Below are positions 10,708 to 24,420 of a DNA stretch of 64,000 nt, piece after piece. Below the pieces are notes generated by a model that searched no databases, was not told the origin of the DNA, and was given only the letters and a program-made list of their open reading frames with translations. Source of the DNA: Octopus sinensis (taxonomy: Eukaryota); NCBI RefSeq assembly GCF_006345805.1, contig NC_042997.1, positions 115,072,001 through 115,136,000 of the forward strand. The letters are read 5' to 3'. The position numbers were made by a program, and so were the translations under genes. Numbering within the stretch: the stretch's first letter is position 1; every line of letters starts with the position of its first letter.

Positions 10708-12740
10708 TATCCTCGGGTTCCGTTCTACTACACATGGACTAAGCAACAATGGGTGCAGAGAAAGTCAGGCCAGCCAGTTGACGGACAACCTGGTGTAAAG
10801 TTTGACAGCTGTCTTGAGAGAGTTTACACGGTGCATCCGAGCCAACACGAATACCTTTATCTTCGCCTTCTGTTACATGAGGTACGTGGGCCCCAGTCGT
10901 TTGATGTTTTAAGGACTGCCGATGACTCTGTTTGCAGCACTTACAAGGAAGCGCGATTTACTGGAAGACGATGCGCAATGGGAGGCTACGTTATTCGAAG
11001 CTGTTGCATCCCAGACACCTAAGCGTCTACGAGCTCTGTTTGCTGTTATGCTGCAAATTTGTGAACTGAACAATCTTTTGTCTTTGTGGCTCAAATTTAA
11101 AGACGACTATCGGAAGACTTCATACGTCAGGCGAAGTTGCTTTTTACCTGGGATAGAAAGTATAAGCGATGAAGTATATAATCAAGCCTTGATCGACATT
11201 GAAAATGCAATTGCATCACTCGGTGGGAATGACTTGCCCTCGTGCGGTCCGCCTAAACCGCTGCGTTCAGAATCAAATTTACTTCCTACAGCTCTTTTGC
11301 GAGAGACGTCCTACGACACAGATGCCCTTGCCAATTTCGTCCTAGAATCTGAACCAAGTTTCTTCCGGACCAACGGCATGTTTATACTATTGTGACTGAT
11401 TATGTGCTCCACAGGAAAGGTGGTTTGTTTTTTCTTGATGCTCCAGGGGGTACAGGCAAAACCTTTCTAACGAAGCTCATCCTACCGGATGTCAGAATGC
11501 AAAAGAGCATTGCGGTTACGGTCGCATCTTCGGGAATTGCTGCAACTTTACTACCTGGCGGCAGAACTGCGCACTCCACCTTTAAGTTGCCTCTCAATTT
11601 AACTAAGTCAGAAACACCTACCTGCAATATAAGCAAGAACTCTGGCCAGGGCCAAGTGCTGAAACGCTGTCAGTTTATTGTGTGTCACGAGTGTACTATG
11701 GCCCACAAGGGAGCCTTCGACGCATTAAACAGAACCCTTGAGGATATCAGGGATTGCGAAATCCTCATGGGAGGTGTTACACTTTTGCTTTCAGTTGACT
11801 TTAGGCAAACTATTCCTGTTATCCCCAAAGGCACGCGAGCAGATGAGGTTCAAGCATGCCTTAAGTCGTCTCCGCTCTGGCGTCATGTCAGGTCACTGAC
11901 CCTGACTATCAACACGAAGGCTCGATTTCTCGGCGACCAAACGTCAGCTAACTTCGCAAGAGACATTCTGAAACTTGGCGACGGTAAAGTGCCTCTTGAC
12001 GTTGATGGAGAACTAGATGTCCACCCGTTCGCAACTCCCGTTTCATCTTTGGCCGAACTCACCGATAAAGTGTTTCCCCATTTAAAAGATAATTATCTCA
12101 ATCATGAATGGCTGCCTGAAAGAGCAGTGCTAGCTCCGAAAAACGTAACCGTTACAAAACTCAATGATCAACTATTGCAGTCACTTCCCAGTGCTCCTTT
12201 CGCATACAAATCTAGACACGACGGTAGATGCGATTGAATCAGTGAATTTCCCTACGGAGTTCCTCAATTCTTTAGACCTTCCGGGCCTACTGCCACATCT
12301 GCTCCGCCTTAAAGCTGGAACTCCGGTTATGCTTCTGCGCAATTTGGAACCCCCGCCCCGACTGTGCAACGGAACACGTCTGGTTATAAAAAAAATTGAT
12401 GAAGCATGTTGTCGAGGCAACCATCCCATCCGGATGCAGAAAAGGTGAGGATGTATTCATCCCCAGGATTCCCCTTACTCCCTCGGGAGCAGATATACCT
12501 TTCGCCTTCAGAAGACTGCAATTCCCGCTCCGGCCCAGCTTCACTATGTCTGTCAACAAGTCCCAGGGCCAGAGTCTTTCTGTTGCCGGACTTCTCTTGG
12601 AAGAGCCTGGCTTTTCCCACTGCCAGCTGTACGTTGCATGCTCCAGAGTCGGCAGTAGAGACAGACTGTTTGCATTCACATGTCGGGGGAAGAGAAGAAA
12701 CATTGTCTACAATGAAGTGCTACGTATTTTCCAAGGCTGA
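10708..12740 (+). pseudogene. Helitron Rep/Pif1-family helicase pseudogene
   Basis: YYTW..YTVHP..YLRLLL linker, DAPGGTGKT (Walker A), SSGIAATLL, GGRTAHSTFKLP, DFRQTIPV, LCNGTRL, SVNKSQGQSL, QLYVACSRV, RNIVYNEVL; several frameshifts. Confidence 0.92.
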
Positions 12741-13432
12741 AGTGGGTACGTTATCGCCATGCATGCATATGACGGGGTACGCTCATATACTTTTACTATT
12801 TTTTCCTATATCAGACGGAAGCATCAGAAAAGGGTGCCTGCCTCTTTACATTCTGTGGATTTATGGAAGGCGTTCGTGTGGTACTCCTACAATGGCAAAG
12901 TTGCAGTTGCACGATAATAATGCGAAGAAACAATGTTGTCAAACAGCTACTACAAACGGATCAGCGGAAAGGCAGGTTAGGTATCGCATATTTGAGGACA
13001 TATCTGCTGCCTACTATACGGTCGATTACCTCAAGTATGTTTATTCATAACATTCAAGTGACCAATTCAACGGAAGGGATTTCAATTTACAAAACGCATG
13101 GCGGCTACGTGTTGCATGAAACGCTTGAGGACAACATTCCAACCGTTGACCATTAACCTCCTTCAACTGGGTGCAATCTATCGCACAAACGGTTCCCTCT
13201 CAGGAAACGCTGAAATTGTTCAACACGTTTTCTTCCTAAACGTTTATCTGTGTACTTCATTCGCAAATGTATGGCTCTAATCTGCGCTGGGCTGAGGAGT
13301 AAGGTGTTGAAATCAGAAGGGCATAGCACGAACGCGGTAGCCGAGATAGGGGTCAAAAAATTTTCTCAAATGTAAGGCCTCATCTTTCCGCAGCTGAATG
13401 GTAATTTCTTAAGACCCGTGCACTACGGCTAG
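10708..13432 (+). mobile_element. 5'-truncated Helitron with Rep-Hel linker, Pif1 helicase and 3' terminus
   Basis: Coding remnants 10708-12740; 3' hairpin CCGTG-cac-TACGG (13416-13428) followed by CTAG|T (13429-13433). Confidence 0.9.
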
Positions 13433-13555
13433 TATAAAATAGAGCTGAAGCAAATGAACACCAAATATATAGTGCGTGTGTTTTCATTGACTAAACTGGC
13501 AACATGACCATCCCCAAATACAACAATATATATACATATTATATATATATATATC

Positions 13556-13587
<32 letters not shown>

Positions 13588-13621
13588 CATACATATTATA
13601 TATATATTATATATATATAAT

Positions 13622-13670
<49 letters not shown>

Positions 13671-13680
13671 TATATATATA

Positions 13681-14075
13681 CTAGCAGTATAGTTCGGCGT
13701 TGTTCGGGTTTGTTTTGACCCTTTAGAATTGGAATTTTTGAAAAGTAAAAATTTTGCATTATGTAGCTTGTTATTCTCTTTAAGTGAACATTTTTCTGGT
13801 TTAAATACACCGAAAAATGGCGACACAGCAGTCAAAATATCGTTAAAAATAGGGATTTTCATAGAAAAAAAAGCACCTTTTTGATGTAAATAATTTTTGG
13901 TGTCAACATGGTCCGATTTGAATTTTTTCTTCTACGGAAGGAAGAGCAAGCCTTCTTCTATCATACTCTCAATTTTGGTCAACTTGCGCCGTAGGGTCTC
14001 GGAGGAGATAGTGTTAATTGCAGGCTGTCAAACTTGCCACACACACACAGACAACTTCAGCTTTATATATATAGA
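13681..14075 (-). mobile_element. Non-autonomous Helitron (family H1), complete
   Basis: Minus strand starts A|TCTATATATATAAAGCTGAAGTTG and ends in a GC-rich hairpin remnant plus CTAG|T; near-identical copy at 59729-60119. Confidence 0.88.
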
Positions 14076-14077
14076 TT

Positions 14078-14463
14078 TGTAGTTTCAGCTCAGAGCTATT
14101 GCCATGCTGGAGTACCACTGTTTTGCTACACTGTTATTACTGAGAGCTTCCTCTAATATATGGAACTTGGTGAAGAATGAAGTTTGATGTAGCTACCCTC
14201 ATTTTCACTTCTTGCCGTGAGATAGGTACATCTGGGACTTTCGACAGGAAAAGGTCCAGCCTTGATTTTAAAACGCCTGCATCTACTTAGTGTAGGTTCC
14301 TCAGGCTCTTTGGGAGAATATTAAAAAGTTGTGGGCCCCTGAAACCCAGACTGTTGCAGTAACTGGTCCTGAAGCGCGATGGCATTGCTGGGATCTTTGG
14401 CACTCTGCAGTGTCGACCCGTTCTGGTATTGGTGTAGCTTTCAATGCCACAATTTGGCACAAT
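14078..14463 (-). mobile_element. CR1-group LINE 3' end fragment
   Basis: Minus translation ...GRHCRVPKIP...GFRGPQLFNILPKSLRNLH*VDAGVLKSRLDLFLSKVPDVP...ATSNFILHQ matches the C-terminus typical of CR1-group ORF2; followed by a short 3' UTR. Confidence 0.75.
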
Positions 14464-14514
14464 TATAGATATATATATATCTATAATATATATATATAAT
14501 ATATATATATATAA

Positions 14515-14549
<35 letters not shown>

Positions 14550-15167
14550 GGCGCAGGAGTGGCTGTGTGGTAAGTAGCTTGTTTAAAACCACATGGTTCT
14601 GGGTTCAGTCCCACTGCGTGGCACCTTGCCGTGAGATAGGTTCATCTTGGACTTTCGACAGGAAAATGTCCAGATGGTGTTAAAAGAGATCGGCTGGTGA
14701 CTAAAGAACAATGATCTGAATGCTGGATGTATGGTACCTTTAAATTCCCAAAATCCTTCGATATTTCTAGAAGGATCACCTATTCTTCATTTTTTATCTG
14801 ACTCCACAAGCATTAAAGGACAAAACGCGCGCACACGCGCATACACACACGCACACATAGAACAAAAATACATAACCAACTCATACACACATATCTATCT
14901 ATATATGTGTATGCATATATGTATATGTACATATGTATATATGTATATATGTATATGTACATATCTATCTGTGTGTATGTATGCATGTATGTATGTGTGA
15001 GAGAATGTGTGTGTGTGCATGTGTGTGGGTGCCTGTGGATGCGTGTAAAAATGCATGCACCCAGTCATGCGCTTATATAGACAGATATGTTTATATACAC
15101 ATATATAAACATACATATATATATTTGTATATATATGTATTTATGCATGCATAAATACGTCTTACTC

Positions 15168-15199
<32 letters not shown>

Positions 15200-15377
15200 C
15201 ATACACACACACACACACAAGCATACATATCTATCTATCTATCTATATATATATATATATATATATCCCTGCTTCCTTTTCCTGAGCGCCTATTAATAAT
15301 AATACTGTAATTGTTCCATTGTTGTTGTTTTTGTTCCCGTTTGGATTAAAATTATATATATATATATATATATATTA

Positions 15378-15436
<59 letters not shown>

Positions 15437-15853
15437 ATGTATGTATGTATATATATGTATGTATACATACGCACACTACACACACACACTCAGCCCCACA
15501 AAAGAGTTCTTTTATTGCACTGATCACATTTCCATTTCAATGTTGTATTGTTCAATCAAACATAGGCTAACAGATCGATATCACATGCTGTAAACGAAAT
15601 ATCACATTTAGCACTCATCGTCGCCACAACAAACAAAATCAAAACGCATTCAGATAATAATAATAAAATAGAAACTTTTTTTTAATATTTAAAATAACAA
15701 AAAAAAAACCAGACAAAAAAACATGTTGCAAAATCAATTGTTCTCTTTTCCATTTTCCTTTTTGTCCGTTATAATCATCATCATCATCACCGTTTTAATC
15801 ACTTGATGGCTGTGGTCTTGGGCCTATGATAAAAAGAATTATTATTATTATTA

Positions 15854-15884
<31 letters not shown>

Positions 15885-15903
15885 GTTATTATTAGTATTA
15901 TAT

Positions 15904-16119
15904 AAGGCGGCGAGCTGGCAGAATCGTTAGCACGCTGTGCGAAATGCTTGGCGTCGTTTCGTCTGCCGTTACTTTCTGAGTTCAAATGCCGCCGGGGTCG
16001 TCTTTGCCTTTCATCCTTTCGGGATCGATAAATTAAGTACCAGTTACGCACTGGGATCGATGTAATCGACTTAATCTCTTCCACCCAAATTTGAGGCCTT
16101 GTGCTTCGAGTAGAAAGGA
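15904..16119 (+). mobile_element. tRNA-derived SINE (family B) within (ATT)n array
   Basis: GGCGGCGAGCTGGCAGAATCGTTAGC head, GAGTTCAAAT box B, conserved core; flanked by (ATT)n at 15838-15900 and 16120-16352. Confidence 0.85.
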
Positions 16120-16161
16120 TTATTATTATTATTATTATTATTATTATTTTTATTATTTTTA

Positions 16162-16193
<32 letters not shown>

Positions 16194-16281
16194 TTTATTA
16201 TTTTTATTGTTATTATTATTATTACTATTATTATTATCATCATCATCATCATCATCATCATTATTATTATTGTTGTTGTTA

Positions 16282-17018
<737 letters not shown>

Positions 17019-17036
17019 TATTATTATTATTATTAT

Positions 17037-18830
17037 TTTGGTTTGTCTCAGATTTGGTTTTATTCCTGGTAGGATTTATATAGGTAGCGGGTTACTACCT
17101 GTAACCTTGGGTATCCTCAAGTTATCAGTAGTCTTTCAAGTACTTAGAACCCTCCTGATAATCCTTGCTGTCCCTAAGAGACAAACTTTCTGCAGGAGCT
17201 CTACCGGACATTCTAATCCAATCTCCTTCAGTCATCTGTCTATATCTTTGCTTACCGTTCCCAAAGTACCAATTATTATAGACACGACCTTTACTGGTCT
17301 CATTCTCCAAATTCTTCCTATTTCAAATTTTAAAGGATTGTATTTTTTTGTGTTTTTTCCTCTTTCTTTACGCTTCTGGAATCAAACGCGCATAATGGGT
17401 CGATTAGTAAGCATCTTCGCTTTTCCTTATCCATAATTGCTATGTCTGGTCTATTATTCTTTTAACTTCTTGTCCGTTTGAATGGGAAAGTTCTACAAAA
17501 TCTTACATTTCTCCGACTCCAGTATTCTTTCGATTCGGTGATTGTACCATGGGCTTCCACCTTCAAATCCCCGTTTCTGGCTCAGTTTTCAGTGTAAAAC
17601 TTTTACAACCTGGTCGTGCCTCCATTTCTTATATTCTTCCCGTATCAATGTGGGGCATTCTTCCACAATGTCTGCCACGGTCTTGTTCCAAGTTCCACAG
17701 GCTCTACATTTTTCTGACACATTCTCATGATATGTATTTTTATCGCTTGATCTTGGGTTGCTACAATTAGGCTCTCGTTTTACTTTTTTTAATTGCCCCA
17801 TTTGACCATGCAAAGGTTTCCCTTCAATTTGTCTGACCTGCTCTCCTTGTATTTCATTATTGTCCTTTTCTCCTATTACACACTTCATCACCTGTTCTTT
17901 ATTAACTGTCTTTAATAGTTTTTCTGGGCTTCTCTGTAAATACTCGACGAGGCTTTCTCTTTACATCTGTACACCTTCTGCTGCTATTAAGCCTCTTTCA
18001 TCCTCAAGTACAGCCGGTTGATATCAGCTTTCGGATGGTGGGTTCCATACATTGTCAACAACTTTCTAGTTTTTCTATCAAGTTCCTTTATATCGTTTCT
18101 GGTCCAGTCTATAATTCTAACTCTATACCTGATTAAGGATATTGCTCTTGAATTTAATGCTTCAATACGATTTCTTGAATTCAGCTTTGACTGCAATAAT
18201 TTTCTTATTCCCCTTGTGTACTCCCTGCTGGTCATTTCTTTCATTTCTTCATTTTTTAACTCATCAGCTACCAGTATTCCCAAGTACTTATGCCACAGCC
18301 CTTTCTCAACCGCTCTCATTGTTTGCCCATTTGGCATTTCCGTTGCCTCGCTCCTTTCAAATCTTCCTCGTTTCATTTTCAATATAGCGCACTTTTCTAT
18401 CCCAAATTCCATACCAACGTCATTTGAGAAAATGCGGATAATACGTACAAGACTTTCAAGGTGTTTCTCATTCTTCGCATAAATCTTTATATCATCCATG
18501 AAAAGGAGATGATTTATCTGACCATTTCCTTTTCCCAAATCGTAAGCAATTTCAAATTTTCGTAGTATCATCGTGAGCGGTGTCATGGCCAATACGAAGA
18601 GAAGTGGAGATAAGCTATCACCTTGGAACATTCCACGTCTGATGTTCACTTCTCCGAGTTTTTGTTTCCTCCGGTCAATTCAGAATTCCAATGTTTCTTA
18701 CTTTTATTAAGCATTTTCTCCGTGCTTTTTCCTATTCCAAACATGCTCATTGTTTTACTTATTCCACTGTGTGGTACCATGTCATATGCTTTTTTGTAAT
18801 CTAGCCACGCTACATTCTGTCCCGTCAATG
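17037..18830 (-). mobile_element. 5'-truncated R4/Dong-clade non-LTR retrotransposon (RT, CCHC knuckle, RLE remnant)
   Basis: WLDYKKAYDMVPH, RRGMFQGDSLSPLLF, HLLFMDDIKIY, KYLG, CRACG...CPTL..EEYK..RHDQV, RPDIAI; the 3' end runs into (AAT)n, the repeat type known as a Dong-clade target. Confidence 0.88.
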
Positions 18831-19092
18831 TAAATAAGCAAAAGCCTAACCCCTACTGTAAAAAAAAAAACTAACAACTGCTGCAGACTCTACAAATGAA
18901 TGGAAGAGAAAAGTGGAAGAAGAAAGGGACAAAAGGAGGGGATGGGAAGACGGATGGATAGAGAGGACCCATAATGTCTTCACATAAACCGCTTTGTTTA
19001 TGGTCACGTGACTTTCATACCGTGTGTGACAACTGGACGACATATTGACAACGACTAAACCACGCACACTCGCGTATGTATATACAAACATT

Positions 19093-19139
<47 letters not shown>

Positions 19140-19141
<2 letters not shown>

Positions 19142-19283
19142 CGTAGGAGTGGCTGTGTGGTAAGTAGCTTGCGTGGCACCTTGGGCAAGTGTCTTCTACT
19201 ATAGCCTCGGGCCGACCAGAGCCTTGTGAGTAGATTTGGTAGACGGAAACTGAAAGAAGCCCGTCGTATATATATGTATGTAT

Positions 19284-19377
<94 letters not shown>

Positions 19378-19600
19378 GTATGTATGTGTGGTGTATATGT
19401 TTGTGTGTCTGTGTTTGTCCCCACAACATCGCTTAACAACCGATGGTGATGTGTTTACGTCCCCGTAACTTAGCGGTTCAGCAAAGAGACCGATAGAGTA
19501 AGTACTAGGCTTACGAAGAATAAGTCCTGGGGTCGATTTGCTTGACTAAAGGCGGTGCTCCAGCATGGCCACAGATAAATGACTGAAACAAGTAAAAGAG
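19140..19600 (+). mobile_element. tRNA-derived SINE (family A), near full length; representative of more than 20 copies/fragments
   Basis: TGGCTGTGTGGTAAG box-A-like head, internal (TA)n/(TG)n, tail GGCGGTGCTCCAGCATGGCC...GACTGAAACAAGTAAAAGAG. Confidence 0.88.
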
Positions 19601-19602
19601 AA

Positions 19603-19687
<85 letters not shown>

Positions 19688-19688
<1 letters not shown>

Positions 19689-21583
19689 TAGCAGAGGAAA
19701 TCAGCGTTGCTCAGGATAAAATAATAAGTTTGTATATATATTACGGTTATGTTGAAACTTATGATACGGGAAAGTGCAGCATTGACGACTAAATATTTGT
19801 GGAGTAAATGATGGGCTAATTCGACCAAGCGACATATGTCCCCGTTTGATGGATTACAGGCCCTAACCTGTCATGGAAAATTATGGGGTGGTGTATATGA
19901 TTTTTGAACGCACTGAAAAGCTGTCAGTCGATATACTCTCCATTGCGGCGGTCAGCGTTGCGTCTAACACGACCCATCGTATGGTTGGCAATCGAATGAA
20001 TGTAGGTGTAATGGAGATATTGTGCGTAAATGGGTACATTCCGGAAAGGGGCCACAATAGAAGACGGCAACGGGGAAGTGAACTGTTAAGATGTTGCAGA
20101 AGGCAAAGGGTTGACATTGGACAGCTGGTGTGGTTGTAGAATAAGAAACATAAACTGAACCTATGCAGTCACATGAGAATATGTAGTAATGAATTACTTG
20201 GGAAAATAAGGTGTAATGGCTTACCGCGTGGTTGGTGGGAGTAATTGGAGATAATACGCTTTAATATTGAAGTCCATGCAGGAAACTGCTTTGTTGGTGC
20301 AGTCTTCGAGTTTGTTGGTATTATGCCGAAATGGTATCCATCTTCACCATTCACAAAGAGCAGTGGATACCAGACCGCATCGTGGGATGTGGTAATTGCT
20401 ACAAAACCTCTTGGTAAACAATATTCCTTGTTTTCCCTTCTGGAAGAAATACAAATAGATTTTTTTTCTTTGCTTCCCATTCTAGAGCAGCTAGCATTTA
20501 ATTGCTCGTGTGGGAAGCACGACTCGTCCAAATGAAGTCCTACCATAGACAGTGTTTGACCCTGGGATTTATTGATAGACATTATGAAGCTGATACGAAT
20601 AGGAAATTGCACTCTTCGGAATGAAAAGGGAATCTTGGGTATGAAAACATCCTCTCCTTTTCCACATGGTGGCCTCAATAACATGTGGCATCATCTTCTT
20701 TACCTCCAGGCGTGTCCCATTGCAGAGTGTTGGTGGATCCAAACTCCTCAATTACTGGAGTTCCCACTTTAAGTTCCAATCTATGGCGAGGTGGCCCTGG
20801 AGGCCCCATTGAATTGAGAAATTCTGTTGGATAATTTACCACCTCTTCTGGATCTGGGATTGTATCAACCGACTTATAGATGTGAGGACTTCCAGGAAGG
20901 CCCTGCAGTAACTGCTCGTTAATTTAACTTACAGCGCTGTTTTTTGGAGCCAGTATTGCTCTTTCACACAGCAAAATGAGATTGTGGTAATTTTTCGGCC
21001 AATGGCGGATCTCCTCTTTGGAGACATTATGTCAAGAAATATGATGTAATAAAATAAGACGACAATTGTACGTTAATAATGAAATGTCAATAAAAAAGAT
21101 AAATAATAGGTGCAGGAGTGGCTGTGTGTATGGTAAGTAGCTTGTTCCTAATCACATGGTTCTGGGTTCAGTCTCACTACGTGACACCTTGGGCAAGTGT
21201 CTTCTACTATAGCCTTGGGCCGACCAAGTAATTATGTTAATGATTAAATGTCAATAAAAAAAGCATTAATTAAAATCAATATTTGAAAAAATGGAAAGCG
21301 TTCAGCAGATTAATCACATTAGATGTAAGGAAGACAATCAATTTCTGAAAGTTACTTCGCAAAGCATTACCTCCCTTGCCCACATAAACTAGGAAATTGT
21401 GTTTTCTGCTCCCAGAGGGCCTGTTACACTTTAAGGGAAAATTTTTAAGAGTCTAAAACCATCTCTGGAACATAAATAATGTATGTTCCCAGTTTGGAGA
21501 AAATGAGCTGTGGACTTCAGAAGTTATGCAGGTTTACACACACAACCTGACGTTTATATATATATATATACATACATGTAAGA
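19688..21583 (-). mobile_element. Internally rearranged non-autonomous Helitron with helicase and Rep fragments and a nested SINE
   Basis: 5' A|TC...TATATATATAAACGTCAGGTTGTGTG at 21583; 3' hairpin remnant plus CTAG|T at 19688. Pif1 C-terminus (WLCERAILAPKN...GKTRNIVYQEVL*) at about 21000-20400, followed by Rep-region YPLLFVNGEDGYHF; SINE A head at 21108-21230. Confidence 0.85.
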
Positions 21584-22115
21584 TCCAGGGGTCGAAGTGT
21601 AAGAAGAAAGTTAGCTTCAAGCAATCCGTAGTAAATATAGAAAAAAGCAATTTTCAGGGACAATAGTGGTTTATTAAGACGAAAGGTTGGGGATTGTTTT
21701 GTTTTTTTTGTTTGTTTGTTTGGGGTTTTTTTGTATCGAAGAACGATGGTGTGAAAAATGTTCGGTATACACCTCATTTGGATTTTACCACTTCTGAAGT
21801 TCTGAGATTCCATATGTAGCCCGGATCTTTCCTACTCCATTCCGTAACTCTTGTATATATAAATATTCTTTCATTCTTTTATTTGTTTCAGTCATTTGGC
21901 TGCGGTCATGTTGGACCACGGCCTTTAGTCGAACAAATCGACTCCAGGACTTATTCTTTGTGAGCTTAGTACTTACTTACTCTATCGGTCTCTTTTGCAG
22001 AACCGCTAAGTTACGGGGACGTAAATACACCAACATCGATTGTGAAGCGATGGAGGGACAAACACACACACACACACAAATGTATATACATACATACACA
22101 CACACATATATATAT

Positions 22116-22166
<51 letters not shown>

Positions 22167-22319
22167 TAAGTAGACTTAGCGATTGGCACAACCGTCTTAG
22201 GGATAAGAATATCCGTTCTTACTACCGGTATTATTTACCTATATTAACCCTGGGCATGCGTATGCAAGCACGCTATGTTCATAGGGTACAGGTAATAACA
22301 GAATAAACAAGAGCTTATC

Positions 22320-22810
22320 CGGAATCAAATTTAAAATAAGCACAGAATGGAGTAAAAGTTTTGATCAACAAACAAATTGACTACCATCGATTATTAATTC
22401 TTTAATACAAAACTTTAACATTGCTTACAGCCGTTTCTGCCTCCAATATCAGTCGGCATCACCAAAGAAAATTATGAGAATAATATTCGTCATCTTTTAT
22501 AGCACATCCGATCTGGTACATGGAGCTTCATCAGAGTGAATACAAATATGTAAAAAAAAGGTAAGATGGAAGAGGAAAAAACAGGTCCTCGAGATGAGGA
22601 AAGACGGATTAATAAATTAGAATCATACCATTTTGCAGTGTAAAGCTTGAAGTCGATGAGCAAATGAATAAACTAGCAAAATAAACTGGAGAATAATTGG
22701 TGGGTTAATCTTTCTTTAGGGGTACCAGGATGTATAAATGATAAGAAAATAAAACTAGTACATAGGTATAACAGAATTCGCCAATAAGTCTATTTCGTAA
22801 ATAATGTTAA
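22320..22810 (-). mobile_element. Dispersed ~490-bp non-coding repeat with decayed hammerhead (copy 1)
   Basis: Colinear diverged copy at 58460-58890; hammerhead-like remnant at 22421-22470 (minus). Confidence 0.55.
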
Positions 22811-23313
22811 TTAATATTTATCTAAAGCAAAAAAAGCCGTTGTTGATGTGTTTGCGTCACCGTAACTCAGTGGTTCGGCAAAAGAGACCGATAGAGTAAG
22901 TATAAGGCTTTAAATATATAAGTAGTGTTGTCGAGTCATTCGACTAAAAATTCTTGAAGAAATATAGGCATAAAAGTTCACAGTTCAACTTTCCGATCGT
23001 GTAGAAGTAAGTCCGTAAGTCCTTACCTTACCTTACTTTGCCTTGCCTTACCTTACCGTTCCTTATATTCATTTTTATTTTATTTTATTTAATCTTATTT
23101 TACCCTACTCTATTTTTTAACTGACTTTCCCACATGTAAGCTTCCTAACATGTGGATACTCTGAAGAAGCGTAGGGGCTCAACCATTATCCAAACCCTGT
23201 CCAGTGTCTCTTATTCCCTGTATATCACTGACGTGATGTAGATAACTTGGAAGTTTTTGATGTCTCATGGTAGAAACGGCCATAAGGGATTAGTATCTGT
23301 ACACTCATCTGTT

Positions 23314-23372
<59 letters not shown>

Positions 23373-23639
23373 TTTCTCTCTCTCTCTCTCTCTCTCTCTT
23401 TCTATATATATATATATATACATACATACATACAAACGTAGATACATACATACATACATACATACATACATACATACATACATACATTGTATGTACACAT
23501 ACATTCCTTCATTGGAATTTCAACATCAACAACAGGTTATGTATGTATGTATGTATGTATGTATGTATGTATGTATGTATGTATGTATGTATGCATGTAT
23601 GTATGCATGTATGTATGTGTGTGTGTATGTATGTATGTA

Positions 23640-24420
23640 TTCATTAGTTGGAACTCCGCCGGTTACGACGCGGGTTCCAGGAGATCTGATCAACGGAGCA
23701 GCCTGCCCGCGAAATTAACATGCATGTGATTGAGCTCGCCACTGACATGCGCAGTGGCGAACTGGGTCTAATAATGTTGGTTGCCAGGAGACTACAATGC
23801 TATAATTTCATTTTTTTTATTTTTTTTTTTTGTTAAAAGTATTCTTTTCAACTGTCCACAAACACAGCCAGGCTGAAATAATTAAGGCATTCTTCCAAGA
23901 GTGAATAAAAAAATCCTCAAACTTGAGGGGATGGGTCCCTTTGATACTAACATGGGCCCCCATATATGGATTCTAATAGCATAGGGGCCCACTTGCCATC
24001 GAGTAAGCCGGCAACCTGGCATCTTTTTTTGTTAAAAGTATTCTTTTCAACTCTACAAACACAGCCAGGCTGAAATAATTAAGGCATTCTTCCAAGAGTG
24101 AATAAAAATTCTCAAACTTGAGGGGATGGGCCCCCTAGATACTAACATGGGCCTCCATATATGGATTCTAACGGTGCAAGGGCCCACTTGCCATCGGGCT
24201 AGCTAGCAACCTGGCCAGTCTTCCACTCTAGCCTTAATGTAGTTCTCAGGGAGATTCAGTGTGACACGGAACGTGACGAGGTAGGACCTTTGAATACAAC
24301 TCAATTTTGCCAACTGAGTGGATTGGAGAAACGTGAAATAAGGTGTTTTGCCTCAAGGACACAACGTGCCGACGAGAATCGAACTCACGACCAAACGATC
24401 TTGAGTGCAATGTCCTAACC
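23640..24420 (-). mobile_element. tRNA-derived SINE (family E) interrupted by a MITE-like insertion
   Basis: Reverse complement of the 28975-29300 SINE, split at about 23752-24228. Confidence 0.7.
23752..24228. mobile_element. MITE-like insertion with internal ~200-bp tandem duplication
   Basis: Imperfect terminal inverted repeats CAGTGGCGAACTGG / CCAGTCTTCCACTC; units about 23822-24020 and 24024-24215. No clear TSD. Confidence 0.55.
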
